A model generated the notes under the pieces. The model was given only the letters and a program-made list of their open reading frames with translations. It did not search any database and was not told the DNA's origin. Made by a program: the position numbers and the translations under genes. This document shows, piece after piece, positions 35,263-44,246 of a stretch of DNA of 64,000 nt; the first letter of the stretch is position 1, and each line of letters opens with the position of its first letter. The stretch spans positions 1,178 to 65,177 of the forward strand of contig CALBXN010000010.1 in assembly GCA_937890485.1 (NCBI GenBank), in the 5' to 3' direction. The DNA comes from an uncultured Treponema sp. GTDB lineage: Bacteria; Spirochaetota; Spirochaetia; Treponematales; Treponemataceae.

Positions 35263-35457
35263 ATGGATTTTTATGAAGAATTACAGAAAAACCAAGAGTC
35301 TTTTAAACAAGAATATGAAGAAGATAAAATAATTCGTGCTTCAATAAAAGCTACAGTTACCAAACAAGATTTAATAGATACTTTTAATAAAAAATATCTT
35401 GTTGGGGTTTATCACCTTGGTATGAAAAATATGCTGGATTATCTAAATGGTAATTGA
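35263..35457 (+). CDS. hypothetical protein (64 aa)
   Basis: SD AGGAGG upstream. Confidence 0.6.
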   Translation: MDFYEELQKNQESFKQEYEEDKIIRASIKATVTKQDLIDTFNKKYLVGVYHLGMKNMLDYLNGN

Positions 35458-35482
35458 ATCTTGGTTTTAAGGTGGTGATGTA

Positions 35483-35863
35483 GTGGCAAATTATATGAAA
35501 AATGTTGCAGAAATGCTTGGTGTAGAAATCAATGAAGAGTTTATCGTAACACATGACGAGGGAAGGTCAACAGTAAAATTAACAACAAGCGGATTAAAAT
35601 TTGTGAATCATCTTGGAACATTAAAAGAGGATGCGCCAGCAATATGTTTAAAAGAAATATTAAATGGAAATTTTCAGATTGAGCATATAAATAAAACATC
35701 TTCAGATTCTAATGTCCCAAATGTGCTTTTAGTAGAGGGCTATGATGAGGAATTATTCATAAACGGCAAATCTGTATGTGTACATAAAAGGTTGTATCCG
35801 TCAGACGTGTTAAGTGCTTTAGCAGATAATAGAATCATTACTTACAAAAGAGAAGAGAGATGA
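35483..35863 (+). CDS. hypothetical protein (126 aa)
   Basis: GTG start after AAGGTGGTGAT. Confidence 0.6.
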   Translation: MANYMKNVAEMLGVEINEEFIVTHDEGRSTVKLTTSGLKFVNHLGTLKEDAPAICLKEILNGNFQIEHINKTSSDSNVPNVLLVEGYDEELFINGKSVCVHKRLYPSDVLSALADNRIITYKREER

Positions 35864-35901
35864 TACCAAATAAAAAAATGTTTTATATGAGGAGATTTAT
35901 T

Positions 35902-36249
35902 ATGAAACTTTGGATAGATGATGTAAGACCTATACCTAATGGGTATGTGTGGAAAGCAACAGTTAATGATGCAAGAAAGTTTATTGAATATTGTGAAGAC
36001 GTAGTCGCTGCACATACAACAAATACTGAAATTGATAGTTTAATAACAAAAACGTATCGGATTGAACTGATTGATATTGACCATGATGCAGGTGATTATG
36101 CGTCGGATGGTGGTGATTACATCAAACTTCTTGATTGGTTAGAAGAAACTGGTCGTAACTATCCAATTCGTATCCATAGTATGAATCCTGTTGGTATTGC
36201 AAATATGAGAGCCATAATTCAGAGAAATAATTGGGTAGAAGTGCAATAG
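35902..36249 (+). CDS. receiver-like domain protein (cyclic-phosphate-processing REC, cREC-like)
   Basis: MKLWIDDVRP.P.GY....V..A..FI....ELIDIDHDAGDY..DGGDYIKLLDWLEE....YPIRIHSMNPVG..NM matches my recollection of that family. Confidence 0.5.
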   Translation: MKLWIDDVRPIPNGYVWKATVNDARKFIEYCEDVVAAHTTNTEIDSLITKTYRIELIDIDHDAGDYASDGGDYIKLLDWLEETGRNYPIRIHSMNPVGIANMRAIIQRNNWVEVQ

Positions 36250-36285
36250 AAGGTCATTCTAAGGTGATTTGTGGAGGTGAAAATA

Positions 36286-36593
36286 TGGATACAGATAGAA
36301 GTGCTTGGTGGGCATGGGCGTTAAAGAATAGTGTATGCGTAATCTGTTGGGTTGTTCTTGCTATCATGTTTAACAAATGGTGGATTGCATTATTTTCTGT
36401 ATTGTTTATGAGTGATTTAAAAAGTCATCCTGCTATTCAACAGTATTATAGAGTTTGTGATAAGTGTGGTAAACACAGTCCAATGGCAGATAATTACAAT
36501 GACGCATTAAAATTTGCAAAAGAAAACGGTTGGACAAACATAAAAGTTGGTGATAAATGGGAAGATTATTGCCCAGATTGTCAAGAAAATTAG
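36286..36593 (+). CDS. membrane protein with C-terminal zinc ribbon
   Basis: ATG 36286 follows GGAGGTGA. Two TM helices, then CDKCGK...CPDCQEN. Confidence 0.6.
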
Positions 36594-36636
36594 CGTTAGA
36601 ACCTGTGTTTTAAGGTGGAAAGGAGAAAATGAATAT

Positions 36637-36816
36637 ATGAGTATGTTATATCCTATTTTTGAACATGGTGCAACATTTACATATCAAGGAAAGACGTATT
36701 GTACTATAGGAATTGATGCGCCAAGAGGTGAAATTGAGTGTCAGATACTTCCTTTTGATGGTAATTATTATTGGTTTAAAGTAAGTGGAAATGGCAATAA
36801 GGTACGAATGATTTAA
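36637..36816 (+). CDS. hypothetical protein (59 aa)
   Basis: ATG 36637 follows AAAGGAG. The track start at 36547 overlaps the previous gene. Confidence 0.5.
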   Translation: MSMLYPIFEHGATFTYQGKTYCTIGIDAPRGEIECQILPFDGNYYWFKVSGNGNKVRMI

Positions 36817-36820
36817 GGAG

Positions 36821-37573
36821 GTGATTAAAATTAAGAAAATATCATTAAATGTAGCAGAAGAAATCAAAAATATTCTTCCAGAAACCTTAAATAAGGACTT
36901 GCAAGATGACGAAATTATTTGTCCAGTATGTCATGGACTTGGCGTAAAAATGTGGAATAACCCATATGGAATTAAAGGAGATACATCAGAGGAAGCAAAA
37001 AGGTCAATGTTTCCTTATAAACATCAGTCCCTTCTTCCTTGTCCTAACTGTTATAACGGTGTAGTTAATTTGTGTGAATATTGTGGTAAACAGCTACCAA
37101 AAGGCAGATTGAAGTGTGATTGCGAACAACAAAAAGAAAAAGATGAAGAAGAAAAGAGAATTAAATATCAGGAAACCATTGATAAGGCTACTGAAATTGA
37201 ATTAAAAGATACTTCCTATTACATATATGATGAACAATCTGATAAGTATTTTACTGATGAAGATGAGTTTGTAGACCATTGGTGGGAGTTGTATCAAGAA
37301 GGCGACCACGATTGTAATAACTTTGATGAGTATTTTGAGAAATACGTTCCAAAGGTGTTATGGAACTGTGAAGAAGTCAAAATTTCAATAGATGCAGACC
37401 GTATTATCGAAAATGCTTGTGAAGAATTACATGAAGATGCAAGAGATAATATCTCTGACGAGAAGGAACTGCAAGAATTTCTTGATAAGTGGTGTGCTAA
37501 ACAGAGTGGTACAACAACTTATTATCCTTGTTATAGAGAATATGTAAGAGTGCAGAAGGAGTGGTTTGATTGA
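36821..37573 (+). CDS. zinc-finger protein with CxxCxGxG-like motifs (250 aa)
   Basis: CPVCHGLG, CPNCYNG, CEYCGK motifs. The start is ambiguous: GTG 36821 lies inside the SD, and an in-frame ATT at 36830 has ideal spacing. Confidence 0.6.
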   Translation: MIKIKKISLNVAEEIKNILPETLNKDLQDDEIICPVCHGLGVKMWNNPYGIKGDTSEEAKRSMFPYKHQSLLPCPNCYNGVVNLCEYCGKQLPKGRLKCDCEQQKEKDEEEKRIKYQETIDKATEIELKDTSYYIYDEQSDKYFTDEDEFVDHWWELYQEGDHDCNNFDEYFEKYVPKVLWNCEEVKISIDADRIIENACEELHEDARDNISDEKELQEFLDKWCAKQSGTTTYYPCYREYVRVQKEWFD

Positions 37574-37821
37574 AAAAAATAAAGTTTGTATTAAATGGTT
37601 GTGACATATCATTCACGGCAGAAGCTCCTGAAGATATTACACTTAAACAGCTATTAGAACAGTGTGACAAGATTAAACCAGATTGGTGTGCTTGTGGAAT
37701 TTGTTCTTATGAGAAAGCAGGATGTGACGATTCTGATGAACCTGAAATAATTATCGGGTATGACAGTATCAGAAAAACTAGTGAAGATGTTAGTTGTGCG
37801 ATTATAGAAAAGGAGAAGTAA
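37570..37821 (+). CDS. hypothetical protein (83 aa)
   Basis: TTG start 8 nt after AAGGAG. Overlaps the previous stop. Confidence 0.55.
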   Translation: MKKIKFVLNGCDISFTAEAPEDITLKQLLEQCDKIKPDWCACGICSYEKAGCDDSDEPEIIIGYDSIRKTSEDVSCAIIEKEK

Positions 37822-38181
37822 ATGAGTGTAAATAGAAATTATTATGTCATAGCTGGCTACGACTTGACTGGCATGAAAACAGATAAGTTTGACGATTGGA
37901 AATGGACTGATGAGGGAGAAAATTATACTTGCTATCAGGGAAAAGGTAAGATTCAAGTCTTCTACGACCCTATGAGTGGTGAACATTTGTACTTTGGTTA
38001 CATATTAGCAGATGGTGATATGTATGGATATGAAACAAGTAAGTTCAAAGTAGAAGATGTAAATGGTATTTATGGAGATGTAAAGGCAGAATTGGTTAAG
38101 TTAATCGAAATGGGAATCATTACAAAAGACCCTCGTTTTATTCCTGAATATCAGATTATTGCGTTTGAAGAATGTACATAA
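37822..38181 (+). CDS. hypothetical protein (119 aa)
   Basis: SD AAAGGAG upstream. Confidence 0.6.
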   Translation: MSVNRNYYVIAGYDLTGMKTDKFDDWKWTDEGENYTCYQGKGKIQVFYDPMSGEHLYFGYILADGDMYGYETSKFKVEDVNGIYGDVKAELVKLIEMGIITKDPRFIPEYQIIAFEECT

Positions 38182-38196
38182 GGAGAATAAATAAGT

Positions 38197-38430
38197 ATGA
38201 ATGAGAAATATTTAATCAATATTCCCTTCGATGACATGATTGCTGAAATGCTTGGATGTATTAGAAATGGTACTTGTTATCATACATATTATTGGTATCA
38301 CGAAGATAAAGGCTATCTTGAAATCACAGAATGTGATTTGTTGAGAGGAAGAATTATTGTAGAAGATGGTGATTTCTCAGAATTTGATTGGGAAATGGAA
38401 GAAAGTCACATTTACAGAGAAGCAATTTAG
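38197..38430 (+). CDS. hypothetical protein (77 aa)
   Basis: SD AAGGAG upstream. Confidence 0.6.
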   Translation: MNEKYLINIPFDDMIAEMLGCIRNGTCYHTYYWYHEDKGYLEITECDLLRGRIIVEDGDFSEFDWEMEESHIYREAI

Positions 38431-38475
38431 CGATGAATCGGGGATTTCCAAGAGAAAATTTTAAGAAGGAGAATA

Positions 38476-39222
38476 ATGGTAGGAGAAATAAACGAAAATA
38501 AAAAAGGTACAAAAATGAAGATAATTGCTCATAGAAGCAATGGCGATATAGATGTAGAGTTTTTAGACACTCATCATTATGTGTTTGAACATGCACAATA
38601 TCAGAATTTTAAAACTGGTGGTATAAAGAACCCTTATGACAAAACCGTTTATGGGAAAGGTTACATTGGAGAAGGTAAATATGTAGGATGGGTCAATGGG
38701 AATCACACTGAAGAATATGAAATTTGGAAAGGAATACTTAAAAGGTGTTATAGCGAAAGCCAAAAGGACGTATTTAATAGCTATTTTAATATATCTGAAG
38801 TTTGTGATGAATGGTTGAACTTTCAAAACTTCGCTGAGTGGTATCACACTCATAAATACGAATGTGATGGAAGATTACATATAGATAAAGACATCAAATA
38901 TCCTGGTAATAAACTCTATAGTCCATATCATTGCTTATTAACTCCACAACGAATCAATATGCTATTCATGAACAAACCAAACAACAGAGGTCTACCTAAC
39001 GGTATTAAGAAATATAAAAGTGGATATCTAGCGAAATATAACCAAGAAGAATTAGGGATATATCCGACAGTGGAGGAAGCATATGCAGTTTATGCTGACT
39101 CTAAGAAGAAAGCAATCGTTGCAGTAGCCAATGAATATAAAGATAAGATTCCAGAAGAGTTATATAATGCATTATTGAATTATGAAATACGCATTGAAAA
39201 TGATAAAAACTATGTTGCGTAA
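38476..39222 (+). CDS. putative homing endonuclease with AP2-like domain (paralog 3 of 3)
   Basis: Same conserved blocks as 8517-9284 and 28564-29385. SD GAAGGAG. Confidence 0.55.
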   Translation: MVGEINENKKGTKMKIIAHRSNGDIDVEFLDTHHYVFEHAQYQNFKTGGIKNPYDKTVYGKGYIGEGKYVGWVNGNHTEEYEIWKGILKRCYSESQKDVFNSYFNISEVCDEWLNFQNFAEWYHTHKYECDGRLHIDKDIKYPGNKLYSPYHCLLTPQRINMLFMNKPNNRGLPNGIKKYKSGYLAKYNQEELGIYPTVEEAYAVYADSKKKAIVAVANEYKDKIPEELYNALLNYEIRIENDKNYVA

Positions 39223-39232
39223 GAGGTGAGAG

Positions 39233-39523
39233 ATGGAGATTAGAAAGTTTAAGCCATACGGACAATGGGTGTGGGGTGAGTATGATTTCTATGTCAATAA
39301 TGAAATAGTTGCAAAATTTAGAACACAATTAATTGGTAGTGATTATGTATATGTTTATTTCTTGCCACAAATATATAGAGATGAATATTGTATACGCATT
39401 GATAAGCGATACATAACTCATGATGAAGCTCTTGATAAGGCTATAAAGATTGTACAAAAGAAGTTATATGCTTTGGCATCAAACACTTTGTCTGATATCA
39501 AACAAGTTGAAATGGAGAAGTAA
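39233..39523 (+). CDS. hypothetical protein (96 aa)
   Basis: SD GAGGTGAGAG upstream. Confidence 0.6.
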   Translation: MEIRKFKPYGQWVWGEYDFYVNNEIVAKFRTQLIGSDYVYVYFLPQIYRDEYCIRIDKRYITHDEALDKAIKIVQKKLYALASNTLSDIKQVEMEK

Positions 39524-39526
39524 GTA

Positions 39527-40009
39527 ATGAATGATAGATTTGTAATAAATTATGAAATGGATTTAAAAAGATGTAGGTCGGATTATTTAACAGAACATGA
39601 ACTTGGTAGCGAAATTGTTCGTTTAATGAGACATGGAGCGTGTGATGTGCATGTAGTTATTTTAGATTCTGAGAAACTGAAAGGAGAAGAAAATATGGTA
39701 AGACCAATCAGTGATGTTCATTTAATTGTGAATGGACAAAGTATTAAAGTAGGAAAAGTTGTTTGTGAATGTGATGAAGGAAGATGGTTTAATAATCCAA
39801 ATGAACGTATTACAAATACTGAATGGGAAAGACGTAAGAAGAACTTTGAAATTGGCGACCAAAAAATAGGTGACTTGGTTTATCACTGTGTAGGTGAGTT
39901 TAAAAACAATATTGCCTTGAAACCAATAGAGAAGAAATGGATAGATGAACTTGAAAGTATGGGTTATACAGTTCAAAACAAGCTGGTTTATGAGGTAAAA
40001 GAGCCATAG
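39527..40009 (+). CDS. hypothetical protein (160 aa)
   Basis: SD TGGAGAAG upstream. Confidence 0.6.
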   Translation: MNDRFVINYEMDLKRCRSDYLTEHELGSEIVRLMRHGACDVHVVILDSEKLKGEENMVRPISDVHLIVNGQSIKVGKVVCECDEGRWFNNPNERITNTEWERRKKNFEIGDQKIGDLVYHCVGEFKNNIALKPIEKKWIDELESMGYTVQNKLVYEVKEP

Positions 40010-40042
40010 AACAAACGTTTTAAGGACAAAATTGGAGGTGAT
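40006..40042 (+). promoter_or_regulatory. conserved intergenic cassette ATAGAA-N6-TTTTAAGGACAAAATTGGAGGTGAT
   Basis: The TAG is the upstream stop codon. Near-identical to 32996-33032. Confidence 0.5.
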
Positions 40043-40322
40043 GAAGATAGAAAAATGGCTTGAAATACCTACTAAATTCAAATTAGGAGATAAAGTTTAT
40101 AAACCAAGAGTATGTAGTGAAAAGAAAATGCTGATAGATATTAGAGAATATTACATTGTAAGGATAGAGGTTATCTTGGACAAGTATTCAAAAACCGTCA
40201 ATTATCATGCTTCACCAAACAAAGATAATGTTAGAGGTTTGAAATCTTATAACGGCGATGGATTATTTTCTACATATGAAGAAGCATTGGAATATGCACG
40301 ACAGGAAGGGTGTTTTATATGA
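40032..40322 (+). CDS. hypothetical protein (96 aa)
   Basis: The start is either TTG 40032 or ATG 40041, both in the same frame. Confidence 0.55.
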   Translation: MEVMKIEKWLEIPTKFKLGDKVYKPRVCSEKKMLIDIREYYIVRIEVILDKYSKTVNYHASPNKDNVRGLKSYNGDGLFSTYEEALEYARQEGCFI

Positions 40323-40636
40323 TAACTCACATAAGTTCAAAAGATTCATTAGACCGTTGGATAGGTTATAAAAAAGAGAATAATAGTAATAATGAAGAAG
40401 AATTGCAAGCTTTGTTAAGAAAGAGGTTTTTGAATTGTTTAAAAAACAGTAAAACAACTCAAAAAGCAATAAGTAAGGTTACTGGAATACCAGAAAGTGC
40501 ATTATCACAATGGAAAAATCATAAATCTATCGGATTTGAGAAAGTTTATTCGTATGGCACTAGAGTGTGTCCAATTACATTAGATGCATTTTCTGCTGGT
40601 GCAATTTTGATTTATTTAGAAAATGAAGGATTTTAA
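40319..40636 (+). CDS. HTH-containing protein (XRE-like)
   Basis: KTTQKAISKVTGIPESALSQWKNHK motif. ATG 40319 follows GGAAGGG. Confidence 0.45.
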   Translation: MITHISSKDSLDRWIGYKKENNSNNEEELQALLRKRFLNCLKNSKTTQKAISKVTGIPESALSQWKNHKSIGFEKVYSYGTRVCPITLDAFSAGAILIYLENEGF

Positions 40637-40654
40637 TAAAAAGGAGAAGTATAT

Positions 40655-40912
40655 ATGACAGAGAAAGAAATTAAAGTATTTGATGAGTTAAGAGAAATTG
40701 CAAACGAGAAGTATCATGGTGAATTTACTATTGTAGGTAGCGATGTTCCGAATGGTTATGGTTGTTGTTTTGGTATATGTCCATTACCAACTTGGGATGA
40801 AAACGCATTAGCAAGAGGAAATACATTAGAAGAAGCCATTAGAAAATGTATTGATACTGAGTTTGTAAATAAGTTAGGCATCGAAAATGTAACAGTAAAA
40901 GATAGAAGATAA
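40655..40912 (+). CDS. hypothetical protein (85 aa)
   Basis: SD AAAGGAG upstream. Confidence 0.6.
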   Translation: MTEKEIKVFDELREIANEKYHGEFTIVGSDVPNGYGCCFGICPLPTWDENALARGNTLEEAIRKCIDTEFVNKLGIENVTVKDRR

Positions 40913-41032
40913 AAGTATTCCGAAATTCCTTTGCAGGATATTGGATAGAGGTATTTCTGATGCCTTGTATACTCTGAAAAGACTATACGGAAGGAGAAAA
41001 TTTCTCCACAGAACTGGGGTTTTATCGAGAAA

Positions 41033-41317
41033 ATGGAGGTGATATTTATTAAAAAGAAATTGATTGTAGGAGTTTTATCATTTTCAATAATTATCGGGTT
41101 ATCTGCCTGTGGTGTAGTAAAAGAAAAGCCACAACAGAATGAACGACAATTACAATGCGAGCATGAATGGGTAGAACTTGGTTGGAATGCTGAATGGTGC
41201 TCAAATGGAGATGGTGTATCGTATGATATTTATTGTCCAAAATGTCAATGGGAAAGTAGAGTGACCTATACAGATTGGAAGAGAATGCAAGCAGACATGG
41301 AGTATAAAAAGGAGTAA
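41033..41317 (+). CDS. lipoprotein (lipobox LSAC)
   Basis: KKKLIVGVLSFSIIIGLSAC signal peptide. ATG 41033 overlaps the SD GGAGGTGAT, and an in-frame ATT at 41048 has ideal spacing. Confidence 0.65.
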   Translation: MEVIFIKKKLIVGVLSFSIIIGLSACGVVKEKPQQNERQLQCEHEWVELGWNAEWCSNGDGVSYDIYCPKCQWESRVTYTDWKRMQADMEYKKE

Positions 41318-41319
41318 TA

Positions 41320-41751
41320 ATGAGAGCAGAAGATACATTACAATACATGGCTGATTTTACTCCATTGGTATGTCCTACTAGAAAACATTGTTTAGATTTT
41401 TTGTTCTGTGTTCTTGGTAGTGGATTCAGATGGATAAACGGAGAACTAGTAGATGTACATGACAAGTATGTTGAAAGATATTCACTAAACAAGCCAATAG
41501 AGAAAGCAGAATTTGAAAATGAGAAAAACTGGTATGAAATGCATGAATGCTATAAAGAATTTTACGAAGACAGACCAAATAAGATACCTATGCAATACAG
41601 ATTTGATTGGTATGTTGATGAACCAGAAAATTGTGTATGTGAAGGAAGTAATTTTTATAATATTCCTGATGATATTAAACCAGATTGGAAAGAATTACTT
41701 GAAGAATGTAAGCAGATGTTAAGAGCAGATGGAGTTAGATTTCATGAGTAA
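41320..41751 (+). CDS. hypothetical protein (143 aa)
   Basis: SD AAAGGAG upstream. Confidence 0.6.
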   Translation: MRAEDTLQYMADFTPLVCPTRKHCLDFLFCVLGSGFRWINGELVDVHDKYVERYSLNKPIEKAEFENEKNWYEMHECYKEFYEDRPNKIPMQYRFDWYVDEPENCVCEGSNFYNIPDDIKPDWKELLEECKQMLRADGVRFHE

Positions 41752-42067
41752 TTATATACCAAACATAGAAGATATTTATAAAGATAGAACACTTTATGTT
41801 AAAGACATGGAAACATATTTAGAAAAGTTAAAGAAAGAAAAGGAGAATAAAACTATGAGCAACACAGCAAATTTAGGAAAGAGTTTAACAGAAACATTAA
41901 AAGAAGGGATGAAAAATTTCGCTGATTGGGCAAATGCAATGACCACATTATTAAATAGTGGCGATGAGTTAAATAACAATATTGAAACAATCAAGGAATT
42001 TGATTCCGCATTAACAGATTTAAAGAAGGTTAGTGAAGAAACAGTAAAAGCTGCAACAGAAAAATAG
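41744..42067 (+). CDS. hypothetical protein (107 aa)
   Basis: ATG 41744 overlaps the upstream stop (ATGAGTAA). An alternative in-frame ATG lies at 41729. Confidence 0.55.
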   Translation: MSNYIPNIEDIYKDRTLYVKDMETYLEKLKKEKENKTMSNTANLGKSLTETLKEGMKNFADWANAMTTLLNSGDELNNNIETIKEFDSALTDLKKVSEETVKAATEK

Positions 42068-42080
42068 AAGCATATAATAA

Positions 42081-42135
42081 GAGAACTTGTTGTCTCTATA
42101 TAGTTGGCGATTATATTTGCGAACAACAAGTTCTC
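42081..42135. terminator. long hairpin (12-13 bp stem), possible bidirectional terminator
   Basis: GAGAACTTGTTG...CAACAAGTTCTC. There is no clean U-tract on the + strand. Confidence 0.4.
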
Positions 42136-42289
42136 AACTTACAAAATGGAATAATCCAGATTGTTATTCTGATTATAACAATTCTAAATGACTTATTCAA
42201 GTCAGATTATCCGTTAAAAAGAGAATATAAGAAAAGGAGGCGTGAAGTGTCATGACTGAAAAATTGCAATGCTTCCTTAAATTACAAAA

Positions 42290-43033
42290 ATGGCATATGT
42301 ATACAGATATAAAGATATGTGGACTAACGAAATCCACTATGTAGGAATTGTGTGGTCTAAAACAAGAAGATTGGATACCAGAATTTCAGAACATTATAAG
42401 AATGACGAGTGGTGTACTAATGGTTGTTACATTGTTGAAGTGTTAGACGTTCCTGTTGATACACGTATAGACGCAGAGTATTATGAAGCTCATTACATAT
42501 CACTATATGATACAGGAAAATTTTACAATAAGTCAAAAACCAATTTGGGTGTAAGTAGCCTTATTCCTAATAATGAGGACAAATGGAAATATTATGGAAT
42601 TTCTTTCCCTATGGAGAAAGAAAATAAGAAGAAATATGACAGATTGTATAAAGAAATTGAAAATAAGAGTCAATTAGATGTATTTGATTATTTCTATATT
42701 TCAATAGATTCAGAAGATGGATATGATGCTTCTATTTACAAAACAAGGAAAAGAGAAGATTCTTGGGATAAAGTATATAAAAAGTTCAAATCAGAAATCT
42801 CAGAAGAATATGGCTGTTTCGGTGTTGAGCCATTAGAAACAATAACAGATTTAGCATTCAAAATTTTCATCGGTGGTATATCAATTGATGAAATCGAAGA
42901 AGACGAAATTAGATATTGCGACCCGTTTGGTGACAAATTACTTTCTTGTTGTATTCAATCTTTAAAAGAAAAAGAAGCAGAAATAAAGAGTGGAATTAGA
43001 TACATATCTGTTGAGGAGGCATTCGCAATATAA
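42290..43033 (+). CDS. GIY-YIG-like nuclease (paralog 2 of 2), probable free-standing homing endonuclease
   Basis: MAYVYRY...IHYVGIV..R.LDTRISEH...AEYYEAHYI aligns with 16443-16907. No SD; a 30-codon out-of-frame ORF with a strong SD (42252-42344) overlaps the start. Confidence 0.5.
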   Translation: MAYVYRYKDMWTNEIHYVGIVWSKTRRLDTRISEHYKNDEWCTNGCYIVEVLDVPVDTRIDAEYYEAHYISLYDTGKFYNKSKTNLGVSSLIPNNEDKWKYYGISFPMEKENKKKYDRLYKEIENKSQLDVFDYFYISIDSEDGYDASIYKTRKREDSWDKVYKKFKSEISEEYGCFGVEPLETITDLAFKIFIGGISIDEIEEDEIRYCDPFGDKLLSCCIQSLKEKEAEIKSGIRYISVEEAFAI

Positions 43034-43095
43034 TACATAGCTAAAACAGCAATAGAATTTCGGATTTAAGGTGGTTAAGAAAGGAGAAGATATAA

Positions 43096-43638
43096 ATGCA
43101 TTTGCAAATTGGTTATCCATGTTTGACTGATGTTAAGCAAAATAAAACAGAAAGAGCATCATTTATTGACATATATGATAAAACACCAGAAATGTTTATG
43201 GAAGAATATGAACCTGAATACGAATGTGATTTAAAAGGTAAATATGTGTTATCGGTAGAGAATAGATGTAATGAACAGGCAAAGAATGATTTTTCATGGA
43301 AGTATTTATTCGATGTATTAGGAATTTATACACCAAGAGTAAATCAGAAAGCAAAACTTTCATATCATGGACATATTTCTTTCGTAACTATCACTGATGA
43401 AAAAGATGAAGTGATTACAATTCTTGAAAAAGATGATGAATGTTACCCGCAATCTTTTGATGATTGGTATGAAGAAAATATGGAGCATACATGGAAGTAT
43501 TCAGAAAGGTATGGTGAGATACCTACAAAAGATGATGTGGTTGAGTTGATAAAACTAATCATTAGAGGCTCTTATCAAAATCCAGACCTTGAATTAGATA
43601 TTAAAGGAGAAGATATTATTGTAATTCAAGGATTGTAA
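43096..43638 (+). CDS. hypothetical protein (180 aa)
   Basis: SD AAAGGAG upstream. Confidence 0.6.
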   Translation: MHLQIGYPCLTDVKQNKTERASFIDIYDKTPEMFMEEYEPEYECDLKGKYVLSVENRCNEQAKNDFSWKYLFDVLGIYTPRVNQKAKLSYHGHISFVTITDEKDEVITILEKDDECYPQSFDDWYEENMEHTWKYSERYGEIPTKDDVVELIKLIIRGSYQNPDLELDIKGEDIIVIQGL

Positions 43639-43700
43639 TTGAGAATTAGAACATTGATTTTATTGACAAAAATAACAATAGAAAAGGAGAAAAGATTATT

Positions 43701-44243
43701 ATGAACAAATGGAAGTTACCGTTAATTATTGGAGCAGGTGTTATTGCAGTTATTTTACTTTGTGTATTTGGAGTGCAGAGTTCTCAGAACAAGGCAATCG
43801 CCTTAGAGGAGCAGGTTAATACTGCACAGTCAGATATTAAGGTTCAGGAAAAGAGAAGAGTAGATTTAGTATATAACCTTGCAGATTGTGTAAAACAGTA
43901 TGACAAGCATGAAGCTGATACATTAACTGCCATTGCAGAAGGTCGTGGTTCTACAGGAGATATTGAGAATGTCACAACAGCAATTACGGCAGTATCAGAA
44001 GCATATCCAGAATTGAAGTCAAATGAGAACTACAAACAGCTTATGAATGAATTGGCTATGACAGAGAACTTAATTGCAGAATATCGTAGCAATTACAATA
44101 AGCAAATTAAAGAATACAACAGATATGTTCGTAAGTTTCCTGCAAGAATGTTCTTAGACTGGCTTGGATATGAGGTTATGGATTATCAGTATCTTAGTTA
44201 TGATGCGCCTGAGACAGCACCTCAGAATTTGTTTGGAGAATAA
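43701..44243 (+). CDS. lemA: LemA family membrane protein
   Basis: N-terminal TM helix, then ALEEQVNTAQSDIKVQEKRRVDLVYNL...AYPELKSNENYKQLMNEL...N.YNKQIKEYNRYVRKFPARMF. Confidence 0.8.
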   Translation: MNKWKLPLIIGAGVIAVILLCVFGVQSSQNKAIALEEQVNTAQSDIKVQEKRRVDLVYNLADCVKQYDKHEADTLTAIAEGRGSTGDIENVTTAITAVSEAYPELKSNENYKQLMNELAMTENLIAEYRSNYNKQIKEYNRYVRKFPARMFLDWLGYEVMDYQYLSYDAPETAPQNLFGE

Positions 44244-44246
44244 CAT

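Noticed and set aside
42081-42135. GAACAACAAGTTC inside the long hairpin, and TGAACGTTCA at 17311, as additional LexA boxes.
   Set aside because: The spacing is N5 and N0 respectively, not the required N4, so they do not fit the Cheo-box consensus.
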